Below are positions 18,914-29,696 of a stretch of 64,000 nucleotides of DNA, one piece after another (positions within the stretch are counted from its first letter, which is position 1; each line of letters opens with the position of its first letter). The stretch is from Candidatus Campbellbacteria bacterium (lineage in GTDB: Bacteria; Patescibacteriota; Minisyncoccia; Phycocordibacterales; JAXHMZ01). The stretch spans positions 197,176 through 261,175 of the forward strand of contig JAXHMZ010000005.1 of NCBI GenBank assembly GCA_034521025.1, read 5' to 3'. Under the pieces are notes generated by a model, which searched no databases, was not told the origin of the DNA, and saw nothing but the letters and a program-made list of their open reading frames with translations. The position numbers and the translations under genes were made by a program.

Positions 18914-21067
18914 ATGAATCGAGATTATCCTCTAGAGAAAGTTAGAAATATAGGTATTATTGCCCACATTGACGCCGGTAAGACAACAACTACCGAGCGA
19001 GTGCTGTTCTATACCGGTGTATCACACAAGATGGGAGAAGTGCACGAAGGCGAAGCGGTGATGGACTGGATGGAGCAAGAGCAGGAGCGAGGGATCACCA
19101 TCACCTCAGCGGCTACTACTTGTTTCTGGACCCCTACTTACAAGAACGCAGATACCGACCTAGAGGCAAAACATCGAGTAAATATTATTGATACTCCCGG
19201 TCACGTGGACTTTACCGTTGAGGTAGAGCGCTCTCTTAAGGTTCTCGACGGTGGAGTCGTGGTTTTTGACGGTGTCGCCGGAGTAGAGCCACAATCTGAG
19301 ACAGTATGGCGCCAAGCTGACAAATATGAAGTTCCGCGCATCTGCTTTATAAACAAGATAGACCGCACCGGCGCCTCTTTTGATCGATCGTTTCAGTCGA
19401 TAGTGAATCGCCTTACTCCAAATGCTGTCAAAGCTCAACTCCCAATTGGCGAGGAAGACAAACACGAAGGCATTGTTGATCTTTTGACCATGCAAGCCGT
19501 CTACTTTGAGGGTGATATGGGAGTACAAGTCGAAAAGAGAGAAGTTCCCGAAGAACTGAAAGCCGAGGCCGAGAAACTTCGTGGAGAACTGATCGAAAAG
19601 ATAGTTGAGAACAACGAAGAATTGATGGAAAAGTATCTCGCCGGAGAAGAAATTCCCGTGGAAGATCTTAAAAAAGAGATGCGCCGAGCGGTAATAGCAA
19701 ACGAGATGGTGCCTGTCTTTACCGGAAGCGCTCTTAAAAACAAAGGTGTTCAACTTGTTTTGGATGCCGTCATCGATTACCTTCCCAACCCGACAGAAGT
19801 TCCTCCTGTCTCAGGAATTGATCCGAAAACAGGCGAGGAAACGACACGCGAAACATCAGACGAAGCTCCTTTCGCGGCGCTTGCTTTCAAGGTCGCAACA
19901 GATCCTTATGTCGGACAGCTGACGTATTTTAGAGTCTATTCCGGAACGCTTGAGGCGGGCTCGTATATTCTGAATACATCAACCGGAGACAAAGAAAGAG
20001 TTGGTCGCATAGTGCGAATGCACTCAAACGACCGAGAGGAAGTACAGAAAGTATTTGCCGGCGAGATCGCCGCCGCGGTTGGTCTAAAGAACACCAAGAC
20101 CTCGGACACACTTTGCGCGGAGAACGCGCCGATCATACTTGATAAGATCGAGTTCCCACAGCCGGTTGTATCTCTGAAAATTGAGCCAAAGACCAAAGCC
20201 GACCAAGAAAAAATGAGTGTCGCCTTGAAAAAACTTTCTGATGAGGATCCAACCTTCCGAGTCCAAACTGACGATGAAACCTTTGAGACCGTGATTTCCG
20301 GAATGGGAGAGCTTCACTTGGATATTTTGGTAGACCGAATGAAGCGAGAATTCAACGTAGAGGCAAAAGTCGGTCAGCCGCAGGTTTCCTATCGAGAGAC
20401 CATTCTCGAAGAGGCCGAGGAAGAACACAAATACATCAAGCAGTCTGGTGGACGCGGACAGTATGGACATGTCAAGCTTCGTGCCAAGCCGATGGAGAAG
20501 CTTTCTGAGGAGGAAGAGAAAAAACTTCCAAATAACGTAAAACGCACCGAAGACTTTGAGTTCATAAACTCAATTAAGGGTGGAGTTATCCCACAAGAAT
20601 TCATCCCCGCAGTTGAGAAAGGAATCAAAGAGACTATGGAGAGAGGGATAGTTGCCGGATTTAGAATGGTAAATGTTTCTGTTGAGGTCTTTGACGGATC
20701 TTTTCACGAGGTTGACTCAAATGAAGTAGCGTTCAAGATCGCCGCTTCTAAGGCATTCCAAGATGCCGCAAAGCAAGCCAAGCCGGTTCTCCTTGAGCCG
20801 ATAATGAAGGTAGAAGTTACGGTTCCCGAAGAATTTATGGGAGACGTATCCGGCAACTTGTCTTCTAAGCGAGGTGTTATTGAATCAATGGAAGATAGGG
20901 GAATGGTCAAAGGTATCAACGCTATGGTCCCTCTCTCTGAGATGTTTGGATATACGACGATGCTTCGATCAATGACAGCCGGACGCGGACAGAGCGTTAT
21001 GGAGTTTGATCACTACGCTGTTGTACCACAAAACGTAGCCCAAGAGATCATCGAAAAGCGCTCGTAG
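18914..21067 (+). CDS. fusA: Elongation factor G
   Basis: [43 protein letters not shown]. Confidence 0.99.
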   Translation: MNRDYPLEKVRNIGIIAHIDAGKTTTTERVLFYTGVSHKMGEVHEGEAVMDWMEQEQERGITITSAATTCFWTPTYKNADTDLEAKHRVNIIDTPGHVDFTVEVERSLKVLDGGVVVFDGVAGVEPQSETVWRQADKYEVPRICFINKIDRTGASFDRSFQSIVNRLTPNAVKAQLPIGEEDKHEGIVDLLTMQAVYFEGDMGVQVEKREVPEELKAEAEKLRGELIEKIVENNEELMEKYLAGEEIPVEDLKKEMRRAVIANEMVPVFTGSALKNKGVQLVLDAVIDYLPNPTEVPPVSGIDPKTGEETTRETSDEAPFAALAFKVATDPYVGQLTYFRVYSGTLEAGSYILNTSTGDKERVGRIVRMHSNDREEVQKVFAGEIAAAVGLKNTKTSDTLCAENAPIILDKIEFPQPVVSLKIEPKTKADQEKMSVALKKLSDEDPTFRVQTDDETFETVISGMGELHLDILVDRMKREFNVEAKVGQPQVSYRETILEEAEEEHKYIKQSGGRGQYGHVKLRAKPMEKLSEEEEKKLPNNVKRTEDFEFINSIKGGVIPQEFIPAVEKGIKETMERGIVAGFRMVNVSVEVFDGSFHEVDSNEVAFKIAASKAFQDAAKQAKPVLLEPIMKVEVTVPEEFMGDVSGNLSSKRGVIESMEDRGMVKGINAMVPLSEMFGYTTMLRSMTAGRGQSVMEFDHYAVVPQNVAQEIIEKRS

Positions 21068-21113
21068 CAAGATCAGGCAAGTTTGGCCACAAGTAAAGCA
21101 GAAAACATAAAAC

Positions 21114-21138
21114 AAAACTCCCAAAGTCGGGAGTTTTT
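21114..21138 (+). terminator. Intrinsic terminator after fusA
   Basis: AAAACTCCC-AAAGTC-GGGAGTTTTT. Confidence 0.8.
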
Positions 21139-21754
21139 GTTCATTGCATATAGTTGTTAACGTCTACTCAGCCCTGTAGCGTGCTAAAATACACTAGTGT
21201 AATATGAAAAACTTCATAAAAAGACCCCTGCCTTTTCTGCTGGTTATACTGGCTGGATTTAGCTTAGCTGTCACTGCTTTAATAGCCGCTCCTCCGGCTT
21301 CAAAATACTCTCCCGGTGAGACTCTAGACCCTACCTGCGCGCCCGGAGACACCAACTGTAGCGTTGAGACCAACGATGTTTCTTCCAGTACAACTGATGA
21401 TCTATCAGAAGGATCGAGCAATCTCTACTACACCGAAGCGCGCGTCTCCGCCAACTCTGACGTCGCGGCCAATACCACTAGCAGGCACAATGCCCTTTCA
21501 CTCGGTGGTTCTCTGGACTATCTATCACTAACCGGACAAACCCTCACCCTCAACGAGATAGATGTAGGAACAGACACCAACTTAACTGCCGGCAGTGGTG
21601 TTTCTCTTTCCAGCGGCACACTTGACGTTGACACCTCGGGCATAAACGTAGGCGACCTTAACACTAATTTCACTACAGGCTCCATCCCGTTCTCCAACGG
21701 AACGAACCTTACCCAAGACAACACCAATCTGTTTTGGGATGATACGAATGACAG
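21134..21754 (+). repeat. 621 bp direct repeat, copy 1 (promoter plus 5' end of fibre gene)
   Basis: Matches 29076-29696 at offset 7942; two mismatches seen (21192/29134, 21248/29190). Confidence 0.95.
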
Positions 21755-24700
21755 GTTGGGATTGGGGACTAATCTTCCAAGTTATTTTCTAGAAGTAGCG
21801 GGAGGCGATGTTTATGTTACTCAGACTCTCACAAATGGTTGGAATTTAAGTAACGCTTCATATGATTCTGTTTCATTTGGAGTATCCGGAGAAGCTCTTG
21901 AACCAACTGGTACCTATTTTAAACCGGATGGAACAAAGATGTATCTTTCAGATCGAAGCTCTAATAATATATATCAGTACACATTATCTACACCCTGGGA
22001 CCTTTCAACTGCGGCCTATGATACTGTTTCTTTTGATGGACAAGCTGGATTTCCTCGGGGTGTATTTCTCAAGTCCGACGGAACGAAAATGTATGAACTG
22101 GACGGAAGTACTACTTATCAATATACATTATCTACACCCTGGGACCTCTCCACCGCATCTTATGATTCAGTATCGTTCAGTGTTTCAGGACAGGAAAGTG
22201 ACGCACAAGGTCTAGCTTTGAAATCAGATGGAACGAAGATGTATGTAATAGGAGATAATAATAATACTGTGTATCAATATGGTCTCTCCACCCCATGGGA
22301 TCTTTCAACTGCCTCTTATGACTCGGTATCGTTTAGTGTTTCGGGACAGGAGGGGATATCGAGAGAACTTGCCTTTAAATCAGATGGAGCAAAGATGTAT
22401 ATTGTGGGAGATGGAGCTAATAGTGTTTTTCAGTACTCTCTCTCTACACCCTGGGATCTTTCAACCGCATCGTACGATAGCGTTTCTTTCGATGTTTCTA
22501 ATGAAGTAACAGATTCACATGGTGTATCTTTCAAAACCAACGGTACAAAAATGTTTGTTCTTGACGGCGACTTTAGTAGTGGAAGGATTTACCAGTATTC
22601 TATGGCTGGAGGTTCAGAAGGAGGTAGTATTTTTGTTGACAACAGTATTGGAATCGGCGCCACCTCGCCTCAAAACGCCCTCGACGTCTCCGGCGCCTCG
22701 GTCATCGGCTCCACCTACGCCGGCACCAACACGGCACCAACCAACGGTTTGCTTGTTGAAGGCAACGTAGGAATAGGCACCACCTCACCCAACACCGCCT
22801 TCGACCTATCCGGCGCCTTCTCTCTCCGCGGTGTCTCAGTCCCATCTACTGCACCTGCCGGACAGGGAAGAATATACTTTGACTCAAGCTCTAACTCGTT
22901 CAAAGTATCCGAGGATGGCAGCTCTTACGAAAACCTTCTCAGTGATGTTTCTGCCGCTGGCTCCGACGGAGCAGTACAATTCAACTCTTCTGGCTCTTTC
23001 GGAGCCGACGACGCCAACTTCTTCTGGGATGATACGAATGACAGGTTGGGGTTGGGGACGGCAACTCCCGGAAACCTCCTCCATCTAGCCGGCGGAGATT
23101 TGCGAATCGAAGAGACAGCTTCGAGCGGAAACTACGATATCTCCACCGCCTCTTTCTCTCAATCTATTTCCACGCAAAACAGCCTTTCGTTAAGTATCGC
23201 TTGGAACGACGACGGTACTAAACTATATGAAACAGGACGTGGCAGTGGTGCCGAACGCTTATACGAATACAATGTCTCCACCCCCTACGACATCTCCACT
23301 GCATCCTTTTCTAAATCTATTCCCACACAAGACTCTTATCCGGAAGGCATTGCCTGGAACGACGACGGCTCCAAGCTATACGAGGTAGGGCAAGGTAGCG
23401 ACCTTATATATGAATATGATGTCTCCACCCCTTACGATATAAATTCCGCCTCCTTCTCCCAATCCATCTCTACACAAGACTCTATTCCACGCGGCATAAC
23501 CTGGAACGACGACGGTACCAAGCTATATGAGATGGGAGGACACAACAGCGAACTCATCTACGAATACGACGTCTCCACCCCCTACGACATCTCCACAGCC
23601 TCTTTCTCCCTGTCCATCTCCACGCAAGACGGCTCTCCAGAAGGCATTGCCTGGAACAACGACGGCTCTAAGCTCTATGAGGTGGGTCGGGGTAGCGATC
23701 TCATATACGAATACGATGTTTCCACTCCGTATAACATTTCCACCGCTTCCTTCTCCCAATCCATCTCTACACAAGACAGTGACCCAACTGGCATCGCCTG
23801 GAACAGCGACGGTAGCAAGCTCTATGAGATAGGATATGATGGGTTGTCAGGCGGCGGTTACATCTACGAATACGACATGGGCAATTCATTCGAAGGCGGC
23901 ACTCTCATCGCCGACACCAGCGTTGGAATTGGCACCACCACCCCCCAAAACGCCCTCGACGTCTCCGGTTCTTCGGTCGTCGGCTCCACCTACGCCGGCA
24001 CCAACACAGCACCGACCAACGGACTACTAGTAGAAGGAAACGTAGGACTAGGCACCACCTCACCCTCCGCCCGTCTCCACTCCCTCTCCACGACAGAGCA
24101 ACTCCGACTCGGCTACGACGCTTCTAACTACCTCTCAGCCACAGTGGGAAGCGCCGGCTCCACCACACTCTCACTCACAGGAACCTCACCGGAGTTCACG
24201 TTCTCCCAACTCGCCAACTTCTCCTCAGGAGTAAACGTAAATAGTGAAACCATCACCGACTTCACCGGCACCGGCCTCACCCTAAACACCAACGCCCTCA
24301 CAGTAGACCAAACCGCACTCAACGTAGAGGGCTTTGCCACTGCTCTCACCGCCGGATCCATCCCATTCTCCGACGGCTCCAACCTCACCGAAGACAACGC
24401 CAATCTGTTCTGGGACAACGCCAACAATCGTCTGGGACTCGGCACCACCTCACCCAACACCCTCCTAGACCTAGCCGGAGCTCTATCCATCAGAGGAATG
24501 TCAGCACCATCCACCGCACCGTCAGGACAGGGAAGAATATACTTTGACTCAAGCTCAAACACCTTCAAAGTTTCCGAAAATGGTGGTTCGTATGAAAATC
24601 TATTGGGAGGAGCCTCCGTTGCCGGCTCGGATGGAGCGGTTCAGTTCAACTCTTCCGGCTCCTTTGGAGCAGACGACGCCAACCTCTTCTGGGACAACTC

Positions 24701-27182
24701 CGGCAAGATGCTCGGTCTCGGTACCACCAACCCCACGGACCGACTACACGTAGTAGACGCAAGCGTAGCGGGAGCTCACTACGAGACAGACGGAGTAGCC
24801 ACCTTTGAGGATGACGACGCCAACCTACAAGTAGTCGCCACCGACCAAGGAGACGACGCCGCCGCCTTTATCCTCACCAACGCTCCCGCCGGAGGCACGG
24901 GAGACAACAAACACTGGATTATGCAACACCGCGGTGCCAACCTCAACAACCGCCTCGACCTCGGCTACAAGACAAGTGCCGGCAGCGGCTCTATTGCCAC
25001 CGGCACCTACACCGGTATGACCCTCCTCACCAACGGCAACGTCGGTATCGGGACGACAAGTCCGGGTCGAAATCTCCATGCAGTAAATAACGTTCTTATT
25101 GGAGGGACGGCGGATGGCGATGGTGATTTATTTTTGGAAGATTCAAGCGGTAATCAACTTATTCAGTTAGATACCGAAGGCTCTAGCGCTATTTCTGGCA
25201 CACAGATTTATCTTACTGCCGGAGGGAATTCTTATATAAATACGGGCGGCAACGTCGGCATCGGGACGACTAGTCCAAACGAGGAACTGGAAATAGGAGC
25301 ACTCGGTACGGCCACTAGCGATTCTGATGACTACGACTCTGGTGATATTGGTCTAACTGCGAGCGGTTGGGACGTAAATGGTTCAAACGAAAGAACCGGT
25401 ACATGGAAAATTAGAAATGTTACCGAGCCTTCTAATTATCCGGATTTTGATTTGCAGTTTGTGGATCCTTCGGATAATACCGTAATGACGCTTACTGGTT
25501 TGGGTTCAGGTTTCACCGAGGGCAACGTCGGCATCGGCACCTCCTCACCCTCAAAAAAACTACACGTGAACGGAAGCGCACGCATCGGTAACTGGAAATT
25601 CAACGACATCTCATCTACCGAACTCGCCGTCACCGACTCGGGCAACAACACAGTCCTCATCTTTGACGAAAGCAACCCGCACATCTTCTGGTCACAGAAC
25701 CTCACCGATGAATTCAACACCGGTACCTTAACCAGAACCAAAAGCACCAACGACCGAGTCTACCTCGCCAAGGACGGATCCGGCTCTACCCACAACACGG
25801 GAGAATACCTGACAAAAGTACGAGAGGAACCATACATAGTAGACTTCGAACGCATCCTCGCCACTGTCAACCTACCAGACGGCGCGACTCTCACCGCAGA
25901 GGTACGCTCTTCGGACGACAACTTCACCACCACCAAAGACAGTGTAACGGTAGAGCTGGAAGACGGAATGAAAACCTACGACCTCGCAGAGCTAGCAGAC
26001 GCCTCATACTACCGCATACTCTTCGAATTCGAAGCCAACAACTCTGGAGAAACCCCGGAACTCATCTTCTTTGAAACTGCCTCTGTGTCGGATGAGAAAA
26101 AGCCCAGAAACCTTGCCTCGACCCAAAACACGGGGGTCATAGAAACAACCACGAGCACCGAAGACGAAATACGCACGACGGAGCTTGGCTCACTACCGAT
26201 CGGTACGGGAAACTATGTTCAGATCACCGAAGACGGTACACTGGTGGAAAGCGGATCATCGGAACGATTCAAGAGAGACATAACAAAACTCACGATAGAC
26301 ACCGACATGATCTACGATCTCAATCCTCGCTCGTTTATTTGGGATGACAATACAGAAAACGCGGGCCAAAAAGACTTCGGATTAGTAGCTGAAGAAGTAG
26401 ATGAAGTATTGCCAGAACTTACCTTCCGCGGTTCTTCCGGTGAGCTACGAGGAGTTGATTACTCCAAACTCTCAGTACTTATGCTGGGTGAGCTGCAGCA
26501 GCTTGACCTAAAGGTAGATATGCTAGATCCGAACCTTGATACGGGCGGCAGTGTATTCGAGAGGTTGCTAGAATGGTTCGAAGATAAGACACTTCGTGTT
26601 AAATCTCTGCGAACCGAAGAAGTGTGCGTGGGTGATACGTGTGTAAATGAATCAGAGTTGCGTCAATTGCTAGATAACGCCGACATAGATCCTCGCTCCA
26701 TATCAGATCCTGAAGATAGTGATTCTGCGAACGAAACAGATACTACTCCTACAACCGGTGGCGGTTCAGACAATGAATCCCAAGGAGGTGACGACAATGA
26801 AGAAACAACAGTAGAAGATTCAGAAGACACACAAAACGACTCAAAGGAAGACGAAACAGAAGGATCAACGACAGAGAAAGAAGAAAGTTCAGACGAACAA
26901 GAATCAGTAGAAGAAAGCGATGAAGAAGATAAAGATACTGAAGACGAAGAAAATACTGACGAATCTGACCCAGAAACCGAGCAGACAACTGAAAATTCCG
27001 ACGAAGAAAATGACGGTGAAAACAAAACAGAAGATAACACGGGCACAGAAAAGAATGATGAGGACAGTACGGCAACCGAGGACATCACAAAGGAGAGTGA
27101 CGATGAAACCTCTGAAGGTGATGTCGAGGTAAAAGACAAAGGAAGCGAAAAAGAAGAAGGATCAGTTAAGGGCGAAGAATAA
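21204..27182 (+). CDS. Giant modular surface fibre/adhesin (1992 aa): signal peptide, GNVGIGT stalk modules, two 5-repeat beta-propeller-like domains, S74-like chaperone, acidic tail
   Basis: N-terminal hydrophobic helix; repeated FWD..RLGLGT and GNVGIGT..P; SSERFK...LNPRSFIW...GLVAEEV..V.PEL...VDY. Confidence 0.8.
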   Translation: MKNFIKRPLPFLLVILAGFSLAVTALIAAPPASKYSPGETLDPTCAPGDTNCSVETNDVSSSTTDDLSEGSSNLYYTEARVSANSDVAANTTSRHNALSLGGSLDYLSLTGQTLTLNEIDVGTDTNLTAGSGVSLSSGTLDVDTSGINVGDLNTNFTTGSIPFSNGTNLTQDNTNLFWDDTNDRLGLGTNLPSYFLEVAGGDVYVTQTLTNGWNLSNASYDSVSFGVSGEALEPTGTYFKPDGTKMYLSDRSSNNIYQYTLSTPWDLSTAAYDTVSFDGQAGFPRGVFLKSDGTKMYELDGSTTYQYTLSTPWDLSTASYDSVSFSVSGQESDAQGLALKSDGTKMYVIGDNNNTVYQYGLSTPWDLSTASYDSVSFSVSGQEGISRELAFKSDGAKMYIVGDGANSVFQYSLSTPWDLSTASYDSVSFDVSNEVTDSHGVSFKTNGTKMFVLDGDFSSGRIYQYSMAGGSEGGSIFVDNSIGIGATSPQNALDVSGASVIGSTYAGTNTAPTNGLLVEGNVGIGTTSPNTAFDLSGAFSLRGVSVPSTAPAGQGRIYFDSSSNSFKVSEDGSSYENLLSDVSAAGSDGAVQFNSSGSFGADDANFFWDDTNDRLGLGTATPGNLLHLAGGDLRIEETASSGNYDISTASFSQSISTQNSLSLSIAWNDDGTKLYETGRGSGAERLYEYNVSTPYDISTASFSKSIPTQDSYPEGIAWNDDGSKLYEVGQGSDLIYEYDVSTPYDINSASFSQSISTQDSIPRGITWNDDGTKLYEMGGHNSELIYEYDVSTPYDISTASFSLSISTQDGSPEGIAWNNDGSKLYEVGRGSDLIYEYDVSTPYNISTASFSQSISTQDSDPTGIAWNSDGSKLYEIGYDGLSGGGYIYEYDMGNSFEGGTLIADTSVGIGTTTPQNALDVSGSSVVGSTYAGTNTAPTNGLLVEGNVGLGTTSPSARLHSLSTTEQLRLGYDASNYLSATVGSAGSTTLSLTGTSPEFTFSQLANFSSGVNVNSETITDFTGTGLTLNTNALTVDQTALNVEGFATALTAGSIPFSDGSNLTEDNANLFWDNANNRLGLGTTSPNTLLDLAGALSIRGMSAPSTAPSGQGRIYFDSSSNTFKVSENGGSYENLLGGASVAGSDGAVQFNSSGSFGADDANLFWDNSGKMLGLGTTNPTDRLHVVDASVAGAHYETDGVATFEDDDANLQVVATDQGDDAAAFILTNAPAGGTGDNKHWIMQHRGANLNNRLDLGYKTSAGSGSIATGTYTGMTLLTNGNVGIGTTSPGRNLHAVNNVLIGGTADGDGDLFLEDSSGNQLIQLDTEGSSAISGTQIYLTAGGNSYINTGGNVGIGTTSPNEELEIGALGTATSDSDDYDSGDIGLTASGWDVNGSNERTGTWKIRNVTEPSNYPDFDLQFVDPSDNTVMTLTGLGSGFTEGNVGIGTSSPSKKLHVNGSARIGNWKFNDISSTELAVTDSGNNTVLIFDESNPHIFWSQNLTDEFNTGTLTRTKSTNDRVYLAKDGSGSTHNTGEYLTKVREEPYIVDFERILATVNLPDGATLTAEVRSSDDNFTTTKDSVTVELEDGMKTYDLAELADASYYRILFEFEANNSGETPELIFFETASVSDEKKPRNLASTQNTGVIETTTSTEDEIRTTELGSLPIGTGNYVQITEDGTLVESGSSERFKRDITKLTIDTDMIYDLNPRSFIWDDNTENAGQKDFGLVAEEVDEVLPELTFRGSSGELRGVDYSKLSVLMLGELQQLDLKVDMLDPNLDTGGSVFERLLEWFEDKTLRVKSLRTEEVCVGDTCVNESELRQLLDNADIDPRSISDPEDSDSANETDTTPTTGGGSDNESQGGDDNEETTVEDSEDTQNDSKEDETEGSTTEKEESSDEQESVEESDEEDKDTEDEENTDESDPETEQTTENSDEENDGENKTEDNTGTEKNDEDSTATEDITKESDDETSEGDVEVKDKGSEKEEGSVKGEE
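21840..22604 (+). repeat. Five tandem ~50 aa repeats (WDLSTASYDSVSF...DGTKMY...YQY.LSTP)
   Basis: Counted directly in the translation. Confidence 0.9.
23133..23879 (+). repeat. Five tandem ~49 aa repeats (YDISTASFSQSISTQD...WNDDGSKLYE...IYEYDVSTP)
   Basis: Counted directly in the translation; also visible at DNA level. Confidence 0.9.
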
Positions 27183-29063
27183 ATGAAAATGAACAAGAGA
27201 ACATTTACAAATAAATTTTTGGTCGCAATTAGCGTGGCGGCGATAATTAACTTTACTTTTCCGGTGGTGTTATCTGCATCAGAGACTGACGGAACTATAG
27301 ATTCTTCTGAAAAATATGCCCGATTCTTGAGCGCCGATACTTTGATAAACTTTGCCACCTCGGAAGGCGACGTTCATGTTACTGATGACGGACTTACGGG
27401 GTACGCATGGTCAGAGGATTATGGTTGGATAAATCTGGACCCCGGCGAAAGCGGTGTTTCTAATGATGGAGAAGGAAATTTATCGGGCTACGCTTGGGGT
27501 GAAAATATTGGCTGGATAAATTTCGCGCCCAGTGAAGGCGGAGTAACAATAGATGAAAATGGTGAATTTAATGGGTATGCATGGAGCGAAAATATAGGGT
27601 GGATCGTTTTTAGCTGTGAGACAGATAATTCATGTAGTTCGTTGAATCATGGAGTTGCTACGGATTGGCGTCCGGAAAGCGTAAGAAGCTCCGGATCGTC
27701 TGAGAGTTCATTTGCTCCTTCTCCGGACGAAGGAGGCGATGAAGACGTGGATTCCGAAGACAATGAAGACGAGCCAGAGGAGAGTGTACCCTCAGAAGAG
27801 GAATCTCCTGTAGATGAGTCACCGGAGGATACACCTGAGGTAGAGACGGACGAAGACGACGAGGAGCCGGATGAGGATATACCCTCTGAAGTAGAAGAAG
27901 GAGATGACAAAGATCCTGACGATGAAGTTTCTGATTCCGGAGTAGAGGCTGGTGATGAAGAAGGCGGTGGAACATCTAGAGGTACAACTATAGCGGACAG
28001 AGTAGGTGAAGCGATAACTCTCATAAGAAAGACAAGTGACAATGTCAGAAAATCTATGGTCGGACTAGGAGAATCTATACAAAGAAATGTTTCCGAGGCT
28101 TTTGAAGACGCTGTAGTGACTACTACTGCCAGTACGGTTTCAGTAGCTGGAGCGGTGACTGGTACAGCTACTGTGGTAAGCTCTTTCTTTTTAACCCCTG
28201 TTTCTTTCTCGGAGATCGTGTTTATCCCTCTGCGTATATGGACGTTATTTTTGTCGATATTTGGATTTAAGCACAATCGCAGACCGTGGGGTACTGTATA
28301 TGACAGCGTGACCAAGCAACCACTAGACCCGGCTTACGTTGTCTTACAAGATGAAGACGGCAAAGAAGTTAGCGGTTCAATTACGGACTTGGATGGCAGA
28401 TATGGCTTTCTTCAGGATCCTGGGAAATATCGATTAGTTTCAAAAAAGACCAATTATAACTTTCCGTCTAAACGCCTGGAAGGAAAAACTGGAGATATTT
28501 TATACGACAATCTTTATTTTGGAGAAAACTTTTTGACCGAAGAGGGTTCGGTTATTGATAAAAATATACCAATGGATCCGGAAGGGTTTGATTGGAACGA
28601 ATTTGCAAAACGTGCAGAAAAGGGGAGGATGAAATTTTATTCACGCTTTGACGCGTTATTTACCTATGGAGCTAATATACTTTTCTATGTCGGACTTTTT
28701 GCGTCCCTCGCGGCTTTGATAGCTGTGCCGTCTCTTCTACAGTTGGGTATAGTTTTGTTTTATATTTTGGTATTTGCCTTAAGGACGTTTGGACTCAAGC
28801 CAAAACATCTCGGTTCGGTCGTGGACAAAGAAACCGGCCAACCGCTCTCTTTTGCAATTGTGCGTGTGATAATTCCTTCCTCGGACCAGGAGGTTAAGCG
28901 GGTTGTTTGTGACAAATTTGGTCGTTTTTATAGTTTAGTGTATCCGGGCACCTACGTTATTGCGGTAGAAAAAAAGGTGGGTGAGGATTCATACGAACGG
29001 GTTTATACCTCAGAGCCCAAAGAGGTAAAAGGAGGTGTGATAAACAGCAGTTTAAAGGTTTGA
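27183..29063 (+). CDS. Membrane-anchored surface protein: GYAWSENIGWI repeats, acidic linker, TM helices, carboxypeptidase-regulatory-like domains
   Basis: Signal peptide; three GYAW.E..GWI repeats; PWGTVYDSVTKQPLDPAYV...TDLDGRYGF; second VVDKETGQPL...DKFGRFY domain. Confidence 0.75.
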   Translation: MKMNKRTFTNKFLVAISVAAIINFTFPVVLSASETDGTIDSSEKYARFLSADTLINFATSEGDVHVTDDGLTGYAWSEDYGWINLDPGESGVSNDGEGNLSGYAWGENIGWINFAPSEGGVTIDENGEFNGYAWSENIGWIVFSCETDNSCSSLNHGVATDWRPESVRSSGSSESSFAPSPDEGGDEDVDSEDNEDEPEESVPSEEESPVDESPEDTPEVETDEDDEEPDEDIPSEVEEGDDKDPDDEVSDSGVEAGDEEGGGTSRGTTIADRVGEAITLIRKTSDNVRKSMVGLGESIQRNVSEAFEDAVVTTTASTVSVAGAVTGTATVVSSFFLTPVSFSEIVFIPLRIWTLFLSIFGFKHNRRPWGTVYDSVTKQPLDPAYVVLQDEDGKEVSGSITDLDGRYGFLQDPGKYRLVSKKTNYNFPSKRLEGKTGDILYDNLYFGENFLTEEGSVIDKNIPMDPEGFDWNEFAKRAEKGRMKFYSRFDALFTYGANILFYVGLFASLAALIAVPSLLQLGIVLFYILVFALRTFGLKPKHLGSVVDKETGQPLSFAIVRVIIPSSDQEVKRVVCDKFGRFYSLVYPGTYVIAVEKKVGEDSYERVYTSEPKEVKGGVINSSLKV

Positions 29064-29075
29064 TTTTGTTATAAA

Positions 29076-29696
29076 TTTTTGTTCATTGCATATAGTTGTT
29101 AACGTCTACTCAGCCCTGTAGCGTGCTAAAATATACTAGTGTAATATGAAAAACTTCATAAAAAGACCCCTGCCTTTTCTGCTGGTTATCCTGGCTGGAT
29201 TTAGCTTAGCTGTCACTGCTTTAATAGCCGCTCCTCCGGCTTCAAAATACTCTCCCGGTGAGACTCTAGACCCTACCTGCGCGCCCGGAGACACCAACTG
29301 TAGCGTTGAGACCAACGATGTTTCTTCCAGTACAACTGATGATCTATCAGAAGGATCGAGCAATCTCTACTACACCGAAGCGCGCGTCTCCGCCAACTCT
29401 GACGTCGCGGCCAATACCACTAGCAGGCACAATGCCCTTTCACTCGGTGGTTCTCTGGACTATCTATCACTAACCGGACAAACCCTCACCCTCAACGAGA
29501 TAGATGTAGGAACAGACACCAACTTAACTGCCGGCAGTGGTGTTTCTCTTTCCAGCGGCACACTTGACGTTGACACCTCGGGCATAAACGTAGGCGACCT
29601 TAACACTAATTTCACTACAGGCTCCATCCCGTTCTCCAACGGAACGAACCTTACCCAAGACAACACCAATCTGTTTTGGGATGATACGAATGACAG
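29076..29696 (+). repeat. 621 bp direct repeat, copy 2
   Basis: Matches 21134-21754. Confidence 0.95.

Noticed and set aside
21840-23879. CRISPR array or DGR template/variable repeat
   Set aside because: The repeats are in-frame ~150 bp coding units without unique spacers; there are no cas genes, no reverse transcriptase and no obvious adenine-only mismatch pattern.
26663-28315. Long antisense Ser-rich ORFs (also 31482-32224, 35072-36014, 39591-40310)
   Set aside because: These are shadows of acidic or highly biased sense-strand genes.
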